NCBI RefSeq assembly: GCF_964194025.1
Contig: NC_134468.1
Span: 73,904,001-73,968,000, forward strand
Direction: 5' to 3'
DNA: 64,000 bases
DNA from: Convolutriloba macropyga
Taxonomy: Eukaryota
The notes below the pieces were generated by a model. That model searched no databases, was not told the origin of the DNA, and was given only the letters and a program-made list of their open reading frames with translations. Positions 1 through 12,471 of this stretch are shown piece after piece (the stretch's first letter is position 1; each line of letters opens with the position of its first letter). The position numbers and the translations under genes are program-made.

Positions 1-59
1 TGTTTTTTGCAGAATGTTGGAATTGCTTCTTTTTCTACTGAACACCGAGCGCCGAATCG

Positions 60-850
60 TACATTGAGGTCTCTCCAAAAGGAAGGTAATTACTGTTTAA
101 TGACTTGCAAACCACACTCATTACTTTAAAATACGCAATTACTTACTTCTTCAGCAAGTTGTCTGCTTGTCAATGTGGCAACCAATTTTTTCTGAACAGG
201 TTATTGTTTGTGTTGTCAAACGTTTGGTTTTGTTGGTTCTGTGTTGTTAGGTTGATTTCTGTTTTGGAAACACCTGGTGAAGCATACAATGTTTTGACTT
301 ACTTAATTATAATGATATATTCAATAGACCAGTGTATCTGTGTTCCGCATTTGACACTTGTTTTTGTAAAAAACAATTGAGTATGGGTTTTTGTGTCTCA
401 GCTGAACATCACTGTTTGGTCTCTTTTCTTTGTCATGGCGTTTTAAACCTGCAGATCAGTACAATTTGATAAAAATTCAAAATGTCCTTTTTTGTAATTT
501 TATTAGCTCGTTGTTGATTTTGTCTTGCCAATTGACGTGAATTTGTCTCCCGTTTGAAAATTCGTTTTTAGTTTTTTCCAGATGCTGTGAGCTTGTTTCA
601 TGTGTTTTTCTCTGTAGACTACTTTAAAGACAAGACTAGAAAAAGTTTTTTCTACGCCAGTTTTTATGGACGCTGGGATTTCGTCATTATACCTTAAGAT
701 GAGTGTAATGGTTGTGCAACAGCGGAGCCCCTTTTATCGGTAAAGTTTTCTCCAATGAGTGGTTTGAGTTCATCTGACACAGCTGTAAATTCGGAATCAG
801 GAATGTGCCAACCGTTACTTGAGACGTCTTATTTGATCAGCTTATTGGTT
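60..850 (-). mobile_element. Highly decayed LINE endonuclease-region remnant (tentative)
   Basis: Minus-strand fragments loosely resemble APE-endonuclease motifs (KRGSAVA ~ RGGGVA). No intact frame. Confidence 0.3.
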
Positions 851-1259
851 CATTAGAAAAAATCCATAATGTGGTTTTATTTGCATCGTCAAATTATAAT
901 GTTTGGTGATTTTTTCTGTTTTTTGCCTTGCACGGGGCTTGTCAATTTTGCTGCTCTTTTTGCAGCCGACGAGAATTATGATTTTTGTTCTACCAATTCT
1001 AATCGGAGAGTCCAGAGATTCAATTTTATTCACCATTCATCATGGCTACCATAATACTAAACTATTGTTTATGGTTACTGCTCAAATGATTTGGCTGTTT
1101 GCTATTGTTGTTGCTATTAGTGTTATGGTCTTTTTGCACGTGTTTTCCTGCAGAATGGTGCAAAGTGATTTCGATGACTGCAATTTGTTTTTTTATTTCA
1201 TCCGCGCAGTGCTTTTTGCTTCGCGTATCGTTGACAATAGAAGACCACAATATTGACAA

Positions 1260-4200
1260 TTAGAACCTTGTGTGCAAGAAGTTGAGTTCGGAATGAAATT
1301 GGTAGAGAGCCAAATCCAAGAGCAAGTCTATGCTGGGGGTTTAAAGGTGTTAACGCTAAAAGAAATTGGGATTCTATTTGTGGCTGCGTTTTCTGCACAA
1401 TTATCATTCCCAGCTGCTTTTTGATTGCCATGTGAAACGCTAAAAGGGATTCCATCGTCTTTTTGAGAAGTTCGTCGAATCGAGTTTTTCCCATTATAGC
1501 CCCCCATGAAATTATAGCTCCCCACTTTGATGTAATTACCATGATTGTTGGCTTTAATTTATCTGAATATTAAGCTGGGAGGGCAATAATGAAAAAATCC
1601 GTTGAATCTCGGTATCCTTAAAATTGGGTACGAATCAGTAAGAACCATCTCAAAATCGGGTTGATTTTTTAATTCCGATTAAAGATGCATTTTTTGGCCG
1701 ATACCCATTTCAAATGTTTTGTAATCAAAGAAACGTATCTATCAAAGACAACATCAATAATGATTGTTGTGCAGAAATACATATAATGCATAACGGGTTG
1801 TTAGGTTTTCAACCAAATAGTGTTTTGAAAGTTGGAGTAATTTTTTTACGTCTGGACCTATTTGGAACATAACTTTGGCACTTTTGTATTTACAAAATTT
1901 TTGTACGGTGGCTAAAAAATTGATTACTTGTTCCTTTACCCTGTCAAGAAGCTATACCTAAATCAAAAATGAATTGGCTGGCTCACTTAAGATCTTACCA
2001 ATAGAGATGCTTGATCGGCTCTCTACTGACTTTACTCTAAGTTCGCGGTTCAATTATGATCACTCGCATTGCGTTTCAATACAAATTATTGCCACTTTCC
2101 CCGGGTGGTGGTTGTGATTCTTATGAATAAGTTTTCCGCAGGGACCACGCTAAGCAGGAGTGGAGAAATTTTTGGCTTAGACCTCTCACATGTGCAATAT
2201 CCTCAGCTCATTGACAAACTTCGACAAAAAAACAGCTGCCTTGCCTCATGAACACTGATCAATAATCACTGGCGTTAAAAAAGCTTAGCAAAAATTGGTG
2301 TGAAAGAAATTGGTTGATAGTTGCACACTTGTGTTGTTGATTCTTTTTTTCTGAATTGGAGTGACATATGCATGTTTTGAATAGTTGGAAAGACACTGTT
2401 TTGAATACATTCATTTAAAATATTGCAGATGAATACCAATTGCATATTTTGCCGCCTTTAAAGCCCACGCATGGACAAATCTTGGACCCAGTGATTTATT
2501 GTTTTCTAAACTGTCAATTGTTTTGTAAATTTCTGTTGAAGTTAATACTCTAAAATTGAATTTTTCAGAACAATGGTCCAACTTATGGATATTGAGGGGA
2601 ACGAAAAAACCAGAATATTTGCCCATTTCCGCAAAAGATTTATTAAATGCTTTGCAAATTAATTTTTCTTTAGGAATACATATAATGCATTACGGGGTGT
2701 TAGGTTTTCAATCAAATAGTGATTTGAAGATGTTGCAGCTTTTCTTACGTTTGGGATTTTGTCTCAACGAAAATTTCGGCGCTTGTTTGTTATCAAAACC
2801 TTTGTATGGTGGCTATAAAAATTGAATACTTGTTTAATTTGTCAGGAATCCGGATTCTGTATCCCTAAATCATAATTGAAATGACTGGCTGATTTAACTC
2901 GATTAAGATTCTTACCAATAGCGGTGCTGGATTTGCTTTCTACTGACTTTACTCTTAGTTCGCGTCTCAGGTATGATTGCTCGCAATGCATAAAAATAAT
3001 GCCCAAGTTCCGTGGGTTGTGTTTGGGAGTGTTACCAAGAAGTTTTCCACAGGGACCAAGCTAAGCAAGAGTGAATGAATTTTTAGTTTGGGCCTCTCAC
3101 ATGTGCAATTTTTTCAGCTAATTAATAAATTTCGAAGAGCAATACCTGCGCTGCCTCAAGAACACTAATCAATAATAACTTGCCCTCTATTCAAAAGGTG
3201 TTACTTGAAAACCAATTCTTGCATGTGGAGGATTCCGTGTTTATGTGGCAGCTGTATCTCCCGGGAAAACTATTGAATGTGTGAAATTGAATTCCGAATG
3301 AAATTTGTACTGAACCGAATCTGATGGCAAAATTTTGCTGGGGTTTTAAAGACGTTTTAAAATCGGGCGTCTGTTGTGTGGCTGCATTTTCCGCATACAT
3401 TTCATTCCCAATTGATTTTTGATTGCCTTGTGAAACGCTCAGTGGGGTTCTATCGTCTTTTTGTGAAATTCGTCGAATCGAGTTTTTCCCATTATAGCCC
3501 CCATGAAATTATAGCTCCCCACTTTGATGTAATTACCATGATTGTTGGCTTTAAACTATCTGAATATTAAGCTGGGGGGGCTATAATGAAAAAATCCGTT
3601 GAATCTTGGTATCCTTAAAATTGGGTACGAATCAGTAAGAACCATCTCAAAATCGGGTTGATTTTTTAATTCCGATTAAAGATGCATTTTTTGGCCGATA
3701 CCCATTTCAAATGTTTTGTAATCAAAGAAACGTTTCTATCAAAGACAACATCAATATTGATTGTTGTGCAGAAATACATATAATGCATAAGGGGTTGTTA
3801 GGTTTTCAACCAAATAGTGTTTTGAAGGTTGGAGTAACTTTTTTACGTTTGGACCTATTTGGAACATAACTTTGGCACTCTTGTATTCTCAAAATTTTTG
3901 TACGGTGGCTAAAAAATTGATTACTTGTTCCTTTACCCTGTCAAGAAGCTATACCTAAATCATAAATGAATTGGCTGGCTCACTTAAAATCTTACCAATA
4001 GAGGTGCTTGATCGGCTCTCTACTGATTTTACTCTCAGTTCGCGGATCAATTATGATCACTCGCATTGCATTTCAATACAAATCATTGCCACTTTCCCCG
4101 GATGGTGGTTGTGATTCCTATGAATAAGTTTTCCGCAGGGACCAGGCTAAGCAGGAGTGGAGAAATTTTTGGCTTAGACCTCTCACATGTGCAATATCCT

Positions 4201-7200
4201 CAGCTCATTGACAAACTTCGACAAAAAACAGCTGCCTTGCCTCATGAACACTGATCTATAATCACTGGCGTTAAAAAAGCTTAGCAAAAATTGGTGTAAA
4301 ACAAAATGGTTGATAGTTGCACACTTGTGTTGTTGATTCTTTTTTTCTGAATTGGAGTGACATATGCATGTTTTGAATAGTTGGAAAGACACTGTTTTGA
4401 ATACATTCATTTAAAATATTGCAGATGAATACCAATTGCGTATTTTGCCACTTTTAAAGCCCACGCAGGGACAAATCTTGGACCCAGTGATTTTTTGTTT
4501 TCTAAACTGTCAATTGTTTTGTAGATTTCTGTTGAAGTCAATGTTCTAAAATAGAATTTTTCAGAACAATGGTCCAACTTATGGATATTGAGGGGAACGA
4601 AATCACCAGAATTTTTGCCCATTTCCGCAAAAGATTTATTAAATGCATTGCAAATTGCTTTTTTGTCATCGGTCTTGGCTCCGTCTAGAACGTTTTAGTC
4701 CGACTTACGATGTATTTTTTTGACCGATACCGATTTTAAATGATTTCTTGTAATCAAAGTAACGTGTCTATCAAAAGCGACATCAAAATTAAATTTTGTT
4801 TAGGAATACATATAATGCATTACGGGGTGTTAGGTTTTCAATCAAATGGTGATTTGAAGATTACGTTTGGGATTTTGTCTCAACAAAAATCTTGGCGCTT
4901 GTTTGTTATCAAAATCTTTGTATGGTGGCTATAAAAATTGAATACTTGTTTACTATGTCAGGAATCCGGAATCTGTATCTCTAAAACATAATTGAAATGA
5001 CTGGCTGATTTAACTCGATTAAGAGTCTTACCAATAGCGGTGCTGGATTTGCTTTCTACTGACTTTACTCTTAGTTCGCGTCTCAGGTATGATTGCTCGC
5101 AATGCATAAAAATAATGCCCAAGTTCCTTGGGTTGTGGTTGGGAATGTTACCAAAAAGATTTCCGCAGGGACCAAGCTAAGCAAGAGTGAATGAATTTTT
5201 AGTTTGGGCCTCTCACATGTGCAATTTTTTCAGCTAATTAATAAATTTCGACGAACAATACCTGCGCTGCCTCAAGAACACTAATCAATAATAACTTGCC
5301 CTCTATTCAAAAGGTGTTACTTGAAAACCAATTCTTGCATGTGGAGGATTCCGTGTTTATGTGGCAGCTGTATCTCCCGGGAAAACTATTGAATGTGTGA
5401 AATTGAATTCCGAATGAAATTTGTACTGAACCGAATCTGATGGCAAAATTTTGCTGGGGTTTTGAAGACGTTAACGCCATAGAAATCGGGCGTCTAATGT
5501 GTGGCTGCATTTTCCGCATACTTTTCATTCCCAATTGATTTTTGATTGCATTGTGAAACGCTCAGTGGGGTTCTATCGTCTTTTTGAGAAGCTTTTTGAA
5601 TCGAGCCTTTCTCATAATAGCCCCCCATGAAATTGTAGCCACCCATTATGGTATAATTACCATGATTGGGGGCTTTAAGTTATCTGACTACTAAGCGGTC
5701 GGGGACTCTATTGAAAAAGATCCGTTGAATCTCGGCATCCATAAAACTAAGTACGAATCAAAGAGAACGAATTCAAAAACGGGTTGATTTTTTAATTCCA
5801 ACTTACGATGCATTTTTTGACCGGTACCCATTTTAAATGTTTTGTAATAAAAGAAACGTGTCTATCAAAGACAAGGTCATTATTGATTGATGTGGAGAAA
5901 CACATATAATGCATGACTAGGTTTTAGGTTTTCAATCACATTGTGCTTTGAAGGTTCTAGTATTTTTACGGTTGGACTTTTTGTCTCGACCAAAATTTTG
6001 GCACCTGTGTATTCCGAAAAATTTTTTGTACGGTGGCTAAAAAATTGATCACTTGTTCCTTCACCCTGTCATGAATCTATTCCTAAATCATAAAAGAATT
6101 GGCTGACTCGTTGAAGTTTCTTACCACTAGAGGTGCCTAATTTGCTCTCTATTGACTTTACTCTCAGTTCGCGGTTCATTTATGATCAATCGCAATGCAT
6201 CCCAATGCAAATCCTGCCCACGTTCACCGGGTGGTGGTTGTGATTGTAATCAATAAGTTCTTCACATGGACCAGGCTCAGCAAGAGTGGAGGAATTTTTG
6301 GCCTGGACCTCTCACCTGTGCAAAATCCTCAGCTCATTGATAAACTTTGACAAGCACTGCCTGTCCTGCCTCAAAAACACTAAACAATTATCACTTGCGT
6401 TTCTTCAAAAAGTGTTACTTCGAAGCCATTTGCTGTGCGTGGAGGATTCCTTGTTTATGTGGCAGTGGCATCTCCCGGGAAAACTGTTGTGAGTGTGAAT
6501 TTGAGTTCCGAATGAAATTCGTGGAGATCTAAATCGAAATACAGAATTTGGCTGGGGATTTGAAGGCGTTAAAGCTATAAAACAACAAGCTAATGTTGTG
6601 TTGCCGCATTTGCTGGAGACCTTTCATTCTTAATTGCTTTTTGATTGCCATGTGAAATGCTTAGTGGGGTTCTTTCGTCTTTTTGAGAAGATCTTTGAAT
6701 AGCGGTATCCATAAAATTGTCTACGAATCGGTACGAAAGATCTAAAAAATAAAATTTTTCTCTAATTTTTGCTTACGATATATTTTTTTGGCCAGTAACC
6801 TTTTTAAATGTTCTTTTTTTGTAATCAAAGAAACAGGTCTATCAAAGGAAACATCAATATTGATTTTTGTTGAGAAAAACATATAATGCATAACGGGGTG
6901 TTAGGTTTTCAATCAAATGGTGCTTTGAAGGGTGTAGTAACTTTTTTTACGTTTGAAATTTTTGTCTCAACAAAAACTTTGACAACATTTTTGTTTGGTT
7001 GCTGTAAAAACTGAATACTTGTTTACTATGTCAAGATTTTGTATCCCTTAATCATAATTGAAATGGCTGGCTGATCTAATTTGATTAAGATTCTCACTAA
7101 TAGCGGTGCTGGCTTTGTTTTCTACTGACTTTACTCTTAGTTCACGTCTCAGGTATGGTCGCTCGCTTGCAATGGTGGAATGATTGGAATGTTATCAATC

Positions 7201-10200
7201 ATTTTTCCGCGTGGACCAATCTGAGCAAGAGTGAATGAACGTTTAGCTCGGGCCTCCAACATGTACAAAATTTTCAGCTCATTGATAAATTTTGCCATGC
7301 AATACCTGCCCTGCCTCAAAAACACTAATCCATAATCAGTTGCGTTTCTTAAAAGAATGTTACTTCGAAAACAATTCCTGCATTTGGACGATCCCTTGTT
7401 TATGTGGCAGCTGCATCTCCAGGCAAAACTGTTGAATGTGTGAAATTGAAATCCGAATGAAAACGTAAAGAAACAAGTCCAATGGCAAAACATTTCTGGG
7501 GATTTGAAGGCGTTAACGCTAAAAGTAATCGGGCTTCTGTTGAGTGGCTGCATTTTCTACAGACTTTTTATTGCCAATTGATTTTTGGTTACCTTGTGAA
7601 ACGCTCAGTGGGTTTCTATCGTCTTTATGAGAAGCTCCTTGAAACGAGACTTTCTCATAATAGCCCCCCATGTAATTGTAGTCCCCCGTTATTGTTTAAT
7701 TACCGTTATTGGGGGCTTTAACTTATCTAACCACTAGGCTTGGGGGGCTATAATGAAACGATCCCTTGAATCTCGGTATTCATAAACTTTGGTACGAATC
7801 AGTAAGAACGATGTCAAAAACGGAGTGATTTTTTTCCAAACATGTTAATTCATAATGTAATCGAAACTTTGAAGTTGACATGCCTTCAGAATAATCAGGA
7901 ATATTTATTGAAATGATCAAAATTATACATTAATCTTCTAATTATTAATCGATGGTACCCGTTAAGCTGTTGGTTCCACTATTTAAAAAAATAGGAAACA
8001 AATGATCCTTTTTGTCTATCTATTGAAAAGTTTTCATGCTGACGTTGCAAAAGCTCTGTTAAATTTTTTTGAAAAGAGTTTTGTTCTTAGTCGCTCTTAC
8101 GTTAAAGGGAAACTTATTTCATTTTCAAATGCTCTTCCAAATCAATGATCTTTTACTTCTGCTTAGTATACTTTCGCGTTTTTGTTCTGCTTAGTATACT
8201 TTTTTTAATGATTCTTATACTGTCCTCTTATTCAAGTATGTGTGGAATTTCAATACACTAAACTTTGAAATAATTAATTCATCTGGTAGGACATGCATTT
8301 TGAGAAGAATACCACAACAATGATCAAATTTACGTTCATATAACACACTTTTTTGCTCCAATTAATCTGTCGATTTATATGCTGTATGTTTTTTGCTGAC
8401 AATGTTTGTAAATAAACTCCACTGAATGAAAAATGAGACTGGACTAAAGATTTGAATACTTGCCCCCTTACATCCAAAGATATATGATTTCTTACCAGAT
8501 ATAGTGAGCAAATGCTGGTCACTATTTCTTAAACTACATTTAGATGTGCTTCAAAAATCAATTTTGTGTCAAGGTGTATTCCCAGAAAATGACAACTCTC
8601 TTTAACTAAACTTCCTTAAAAAATAACTTCTCGTTCTAATTCATCCCCGGTAAAAAAAGTAACTATGTTTTATCAGCTCTTAAAGAGAGTTGATTTTCTT
8701 TCAAGTAACTGTTCTCCTTCAAAAAGATATTTTTGATTAATGCTGCAAATTGAACATGCTCAAAGTCATCTGTGATTTTTTTCTGAAATATCGTGAATTT
8801 AAAAAAGAAAAATTAGGGGTCCTAATACTGTGTCTTGTGGTACTCCATGATTTACGTATTTTGAGACCCCGGTCTCTATTTTGACGCATTGTGATCTTTC
8901 TTTGAGAGAAAATTTCAATAAATTAACTGCAGGCTCGGAGAATTGAAAGCACTCTGCTGTTTTAAGAAGAACCACACTGCTTTTTTTTGGAAGCACTCTG
9001 ATTTTGTAAGAAAAACAAATGGTGCGAAACTGAATTGAGTGTTTTTGCGAGGTCTAAGAAAATTGACGATTTTTGTGGTTTTTCCGATTTTCATGGTTTT
9101 ATATTACTGTCTCAGTGAAAAACAATACTGCATCTGTTGATGATTTTTTGTTTTGGAATCAAAATTGCGCTTCATTCAACAGATTGTTTTAACTAATATG
9201 ATCCATCTTTTGGAAAAAAAAAGTTCTCAAAAATCTTAGCAAAAGTTGGTGTGACCGAAATTGGTCGATAGCTGCACACTTGTGTTTTTGATCCCTTATT
9301 TTGAAATGGAATAACATATGCATGTTTTGAATAGTTGGAAAGACACTATTGAGTACATTCATTAAAAATATTGCAGATGAGTACCAATTGCGTATTTCGC
9401 CGCCTTTAAAGCGCACGCATGGACAAATCTGGGACCCAGTGATTTATTGTTTTCTAAACTGTCAATGGTTTTGTAGATTTCTGTTGAAGTCTATCCTCAA
9501 AAATTAAATTTTTCAGAACAGTGGTGCAACTTATGGATATTGAGGGAAACGAAATTAACAGAATATTTGCCCATTTCCCCAAAAAATTTTAAATGCATTG
9601 CAGATTGCTTTTTTGTCAACGGTCTGGGCTGCGTCTAGACCGTTTTAATTCCGACTTACGTTGTATTTTTGGCCGGTACCGATTTTAAAAGATTTTTTGT
9701 AGTCAAAGAAACGTGTCTATCAAAGACAACAGCAAAATTGATTGTTGTGCAGAAATACATATAATGAAGAACGGGGTGTTAGGTTTTCAATCAAATGGTG
9801 CTTTGAGGAGTGTAGTAATTGTTTTACGTTTGGACCTTTTTGTCTCATTCAAATTTTTTGCACTTGTGTATTCTCAAAATTTTTGTACAATAGCTAAAAA
9901 AAATTGATTACTTGTTCCTTTACCCTGTCAAGAATCTTTCCCTAAATCATAAATGAATTGGCTGGCTCGTTTAAGGTTCTTACCAATGGCGGAGCTTGAT
10001 TTGCTCTCTACTGACTTTACTCTTAGTTCGCGGTTCATGTATGATCGTTCGCAATGCATCGCCATACAAATCATACCCACGTTCCCCGGGTATTGGCTGT
10101 GAATGTTATCAATAAGTTTTCCGCAGGGAACAGGCTGGGACCAGACTAATCAATAATCACTGGCGTGTCCTCGAAATGTGTTACTTCGAAACCAATTCCA

Positions 10201-10215
10201 GCTTGTGGAGCATTC
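1260..10215. repeat. Decayed tandem array of a ~1.0-1.1 kb monomer with a ~2 kb higher-order duplication
   Basis: The block 'catataatgca…ttaggttttcaa' recurs at ~1779, 2679, 3777, 4809, 5903, 6880 and 9758. 'ctactgactttactct…gttcgc' recurs at ~2022, 2940, 4020, 5056, 6149, 7122 and 10008. 1480-3190 is near-identical to 3480-5290. Confidence 0.9.
7950..9650 (-). mobile_element. Decayed CR1/Jockey-group LINE reverse transcriptase region
   Basis: Minus-strand peptides VNHGVPQDTVLGPLIFLF, RSQCVKI and KTIDSLENNKSLGP. Many frameshifts. Its N-terminal ~400 bp is also copied at 2260-2660 and 4270-4690. Confidence 0.8.
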
Positions 10216-10216
10216 C

Positions 10217-11620
10217 TTATTATTTTTAATATTTTTATTATTATTAGGGATTTGTGAAACTTTCACGGGGAGTATAAGTCCCGGATTTATAACATAGAAT
10301 TTGCACGACAATTCTGGCATAGGCACAAAAAGATCCATCTACAGAAATTATTCTCAGCCCAGTTTTCATTGAAAATTTTTTCACATTAATTCTAGAAGTC
10401 TTCCTTTCAAACTATTGTTGTCGAAGAAGTTAATTTTCCTTTGGCTGATGTTCACCCGAAATCCTGTTTTTTCCCAAAAATTGAGTCTCTGCGCTTCGTA
10501 TCGAATCTCTGGCAGTATAACATTAGAACTTCTTTCGGCCCATTAAATAACATAATAATTGCGAAACTCAACATCGTACTTTCCTGACACTATGCTGCTA
10601 AAAAGTGGAAGATCTTTTAGGACTTTAAAGTAGAGTGGTGGCAGCTTTGAACAATAGCTTCTCTGTGACAATTTCTGTTTGTCATTCATTTCATGACCTT
10701 TTTTTAAACCGCTCTAAAAATTGATACTTGTTTCGCTTTAGCTCCCAGCATTCAGATGCAAACATTAATGTCGGGCTTATAATAGCTCTATATAAGTGAA
10801 CCTTAGTTTTCATGTAGATTCTGCAGCTGGTGTTCCTTCGAATGAGATAAAACGCCTTCATTTCTTTCGCTATTCGGTTCCGCACATTTTCTATCCAATT
10901 TAGTGTCGACTATAGTTAGCCCAAGATCTTTAACGGCCCTCTTCTCTTGGATCAAATTATTTTCTAGAGAGAGTACAACCTCCTCGACACGACTCCCGAA
11001 AGCAAATTGTGTAAAAGAGCACTTTTTGTAATTGAAAAGGAGGCAGTTTTGGATTTTCCAGTTGTAGAGATTGTTTAGATCAACTTGCAGCTTGTCTAGA
11101 CTGTCATTTTTGGAACAATGGATTAGTTTTCAATCATCTGCAAACAAGAGTGCCAAAGACGAAAATACTACATTTGGCAGGTCGTTAATGTAGATCAGAG
11201 GTCCCAGTACAGAGCCTTGAGTCCCAGTACAAAGATAGGTCCCAGTACAGAGCCTTGAGGAACTCCGCAAGAGACCAGACGTTTCTCAGATTGGTTGCCG
11301 TGAACATTTACGCTTTGTGTTCTGCCAGTCAGATAATCTTTAATAAGTAAAAAGAGACTTCGTGGTATATTCATCCTTGCTAACTTCATCAAAATTGAAT
11401 GCTTTATTTTGTCAAACAGCAGTAGGAAACAGAACTCTTCCGATGCACTAAGATTTTCAAAGATATTGGATAGACTCAAGATAAACTGCAGGATTACAGA
11501 CCTCCGCGGTACAAAACCAGGATGTAATGCTGTTCAACAAATGTTCTGAGAAAAAACTTAAAAACTTTGGATATGATGTTGAGCAGTGTGACAGGTCTAT
11601 AATTTTTCACTTCACTTTAA
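10217..11620 (-). mobile_element. 5'-truncated LINE (RT to 3' end) with (AAT)n-like tail
   Basis: YRPVTLLN, GVPQGSVLGP, LLFADD, KVHLYRAIISPTLMFASECW and C-terminal LCLCQNC. Tail at 10217-10246. Confidence 0.85.
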
Positions 11621-11679
11621 TTCCTTGTGTATGTGGCAGCTGCATCTCCGGGGAAAACTTTTGAATGTGTGAAATTAAG

Positions 11680-11852
11680 GGCTAGCCATCTCCGGTCGAG
11701 CCTAAGCTCATACTTATACCACCTCAATTGTTTATAGCCTAATCAGCTTTTTATTCGGATAATATGAATAATCTATGAATTGTGCCTTCAACTACGGAAC
11801 AATTTTTTCTGCCATCTTTATCCGAACGCGTGCTTAAAACGGTTTGACGATC
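11680..11852 (+). promoter_or_regulatory. Candidate promoter and non-coding first exon of CCDC83
   Basis: A short unique island between repeats ends in a consensus donor, atc|gtaagt (11853). It could pair with the acceptor at 12465, which lies 6 nt before the ATG. Confidence 0.35.
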
Positions 11853-11964
11853 GTAAGTAGTAAATAGTTTTATTTAATGCCTATTAACAGTTATACTCTT
11901 TGAAAGCTAAATAAAAGTGTAAGGAACATGGAGCTCATGGTGGAAATAATGGAGCACATAAATT

Positions 11965-12420
11965 GTAGTAGTAGTAGTAGTAGTAGTAGACAGGGGTTTT
12001 AGGGTTGACGCACGGGTTTTGGAACCCTCAGCTCAGTTTATAAGTATCAGTTTTAAGCCGTCAGAATAAGTAGTTGTTCAAGTTCATTACAGTTTTTACA
12101 GGTGCATGTTATTTGCCATGAGCACGGTTTCTGCATTGTTGTAGTGTTTAACAAACAGTTTCCAGTATATATCGCTCAACCTCTTTTTACTCCATAGTCG
12201 TAGTTCTACATCTAGAAATTTCTTGAAGATGTTTGCCAGGCGTTTCGCTCTTACGTAGGTGTTAAGTTACAACCAGTCTTTTGTAGTTTTGTTTTCGGCA
12301 TTAAATTCTCGTGTTCCTTGTGTAGTGTTTCCGTTCAAGTAGGAAAGGTTATCCGCGTTAGCATCATATTCCTTCATATTCCTATTTGGAGACCAAGCCT
12401 GGGAACCACACACAAGGGTT
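11965..12420 (-). mobile_element. LINE 3' end fragment with (CTA)n tail
   Basis: (gta)8 at 11965-11989 on + strand. Minus-strand peptides TLVCGSQAWSP and WQITCTCKNC. Confidence 0.7.
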
Positions 12421-12471
12421 ATGCAAGAAATATTTTAAAGGTTAGCGTATAATCTGCTATTTCAGATTAGA

